Positions 63,511-64,000 of a stretch of DNA of 64,000 nt are shown in pieces. Below the pieces are notes generated by a model. That model was not told where the DNA came from and ran no database searches. It worked only from the letters and a program-made list of their open reading frames with translations. The stretch's first letter is position 1. Each line of letters begins with the position of its first letter. Source of the DNA: Raja brachyura (taxonomy: Eukaryota); assembly GCA_963514005.1 (NCBI GenBank), contig OY740782.1, positions 150,536,001 through 150,600,000 on the forward strand, read 5' to 3'. A program made the translations under genes and the position numbers.

Positions 63511-63529
63511 GGGAAGGGGCAGAGGAGGT

Positions 63530-64000
63530 GGGGAGGAAGGAAGGTCAGCGCTCCTTGGACAACACCGGCATCATTTCCCCGCTGCCTTGGCCGTCCCTGC
63601 CTCCCTCCCTCCCCCTTTGCGGCGGCACTTAGTTGGGAACTGTTCGCCACCGCCTCCCCTCCGGAGTGGCACATAGCGACCGCTATGGGGGCGCGCGGGG
63701 CCGCCGCTGCTGCTGCTGTTGGGCGAGGCCCGACATTCGCTCCGACCCTCGGTCACCCCGCACTCCAGCCTCCGCCGCCCAAAGCCCAAAGCGAGGGCCC
63801 GCGGCGGGGAGGGGGAGGGGGAGGGGGAGGGGGCGAGGGAGCGGCCGAAGAGGCGCCTGGTGACGGGTCACTGCCGCTGCCAGCAGTGTTCAGTCAGTCA
63901 GTCCTTCCCGCTTCCCACCCGGTGACGGGAGAACGGACCGCCCGCCCGCCCGCCGGCAGCGGCCCCTCTCCATGGCCGGCGGGGGGCGAGGCTCAGGCTC
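63530..64000. promoter_or_regulatory. GC/CpG-rich island-like segment, running off the window
   Basis: High GC and many CpGs relative to the rest of the window; could be a TE interior. Confidence 0.4.

Overview
Eukaryotic, repeat-rich DNA from a cartilaginous fish. A skate or ray is inferred from the Ig sequence type. The only recognisable host gene is one complete, unrearranged, apparently intact IgM heavy-chain cluster on the minus strand (about 57.3 to 43.7 kb). It has the elasmobranch layout Leader-VH-D1-D2-JH-CH1-CH2-CH3-CH4/secretory tail-TM1-TM2, RSS spacers 23 / 12-22 / 12-12 / 23, and a GC-AG intron between TM1 and TM2. The rest is nested mobile DNA (CR1, Crack/L2, Rex1/Babar, L1/Tx1, Penelope-like elements with hammerhead-like cores, hAT and Helitron remnants), a ~6.9 kb tandem duplication, a 4.7 kb (GAGTTT/GAGAGTTT)n satellite and one N gap. 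The most notable unexplained signals are: a decayed Ig-constant-like exon between CH1 and CH2; a degenerate second J segment; an octamer-bearing long inverted repeat in the J-C intron; a TSD-flanked palindromic element with four hammerhead-like cores; and a mosaic unequal-crossover signature in the tandem duplication. All calls were made by eye, without database searches. Repeat family names and boundaries are approximate; Ig exon and RSS coordinates were counted base by base.
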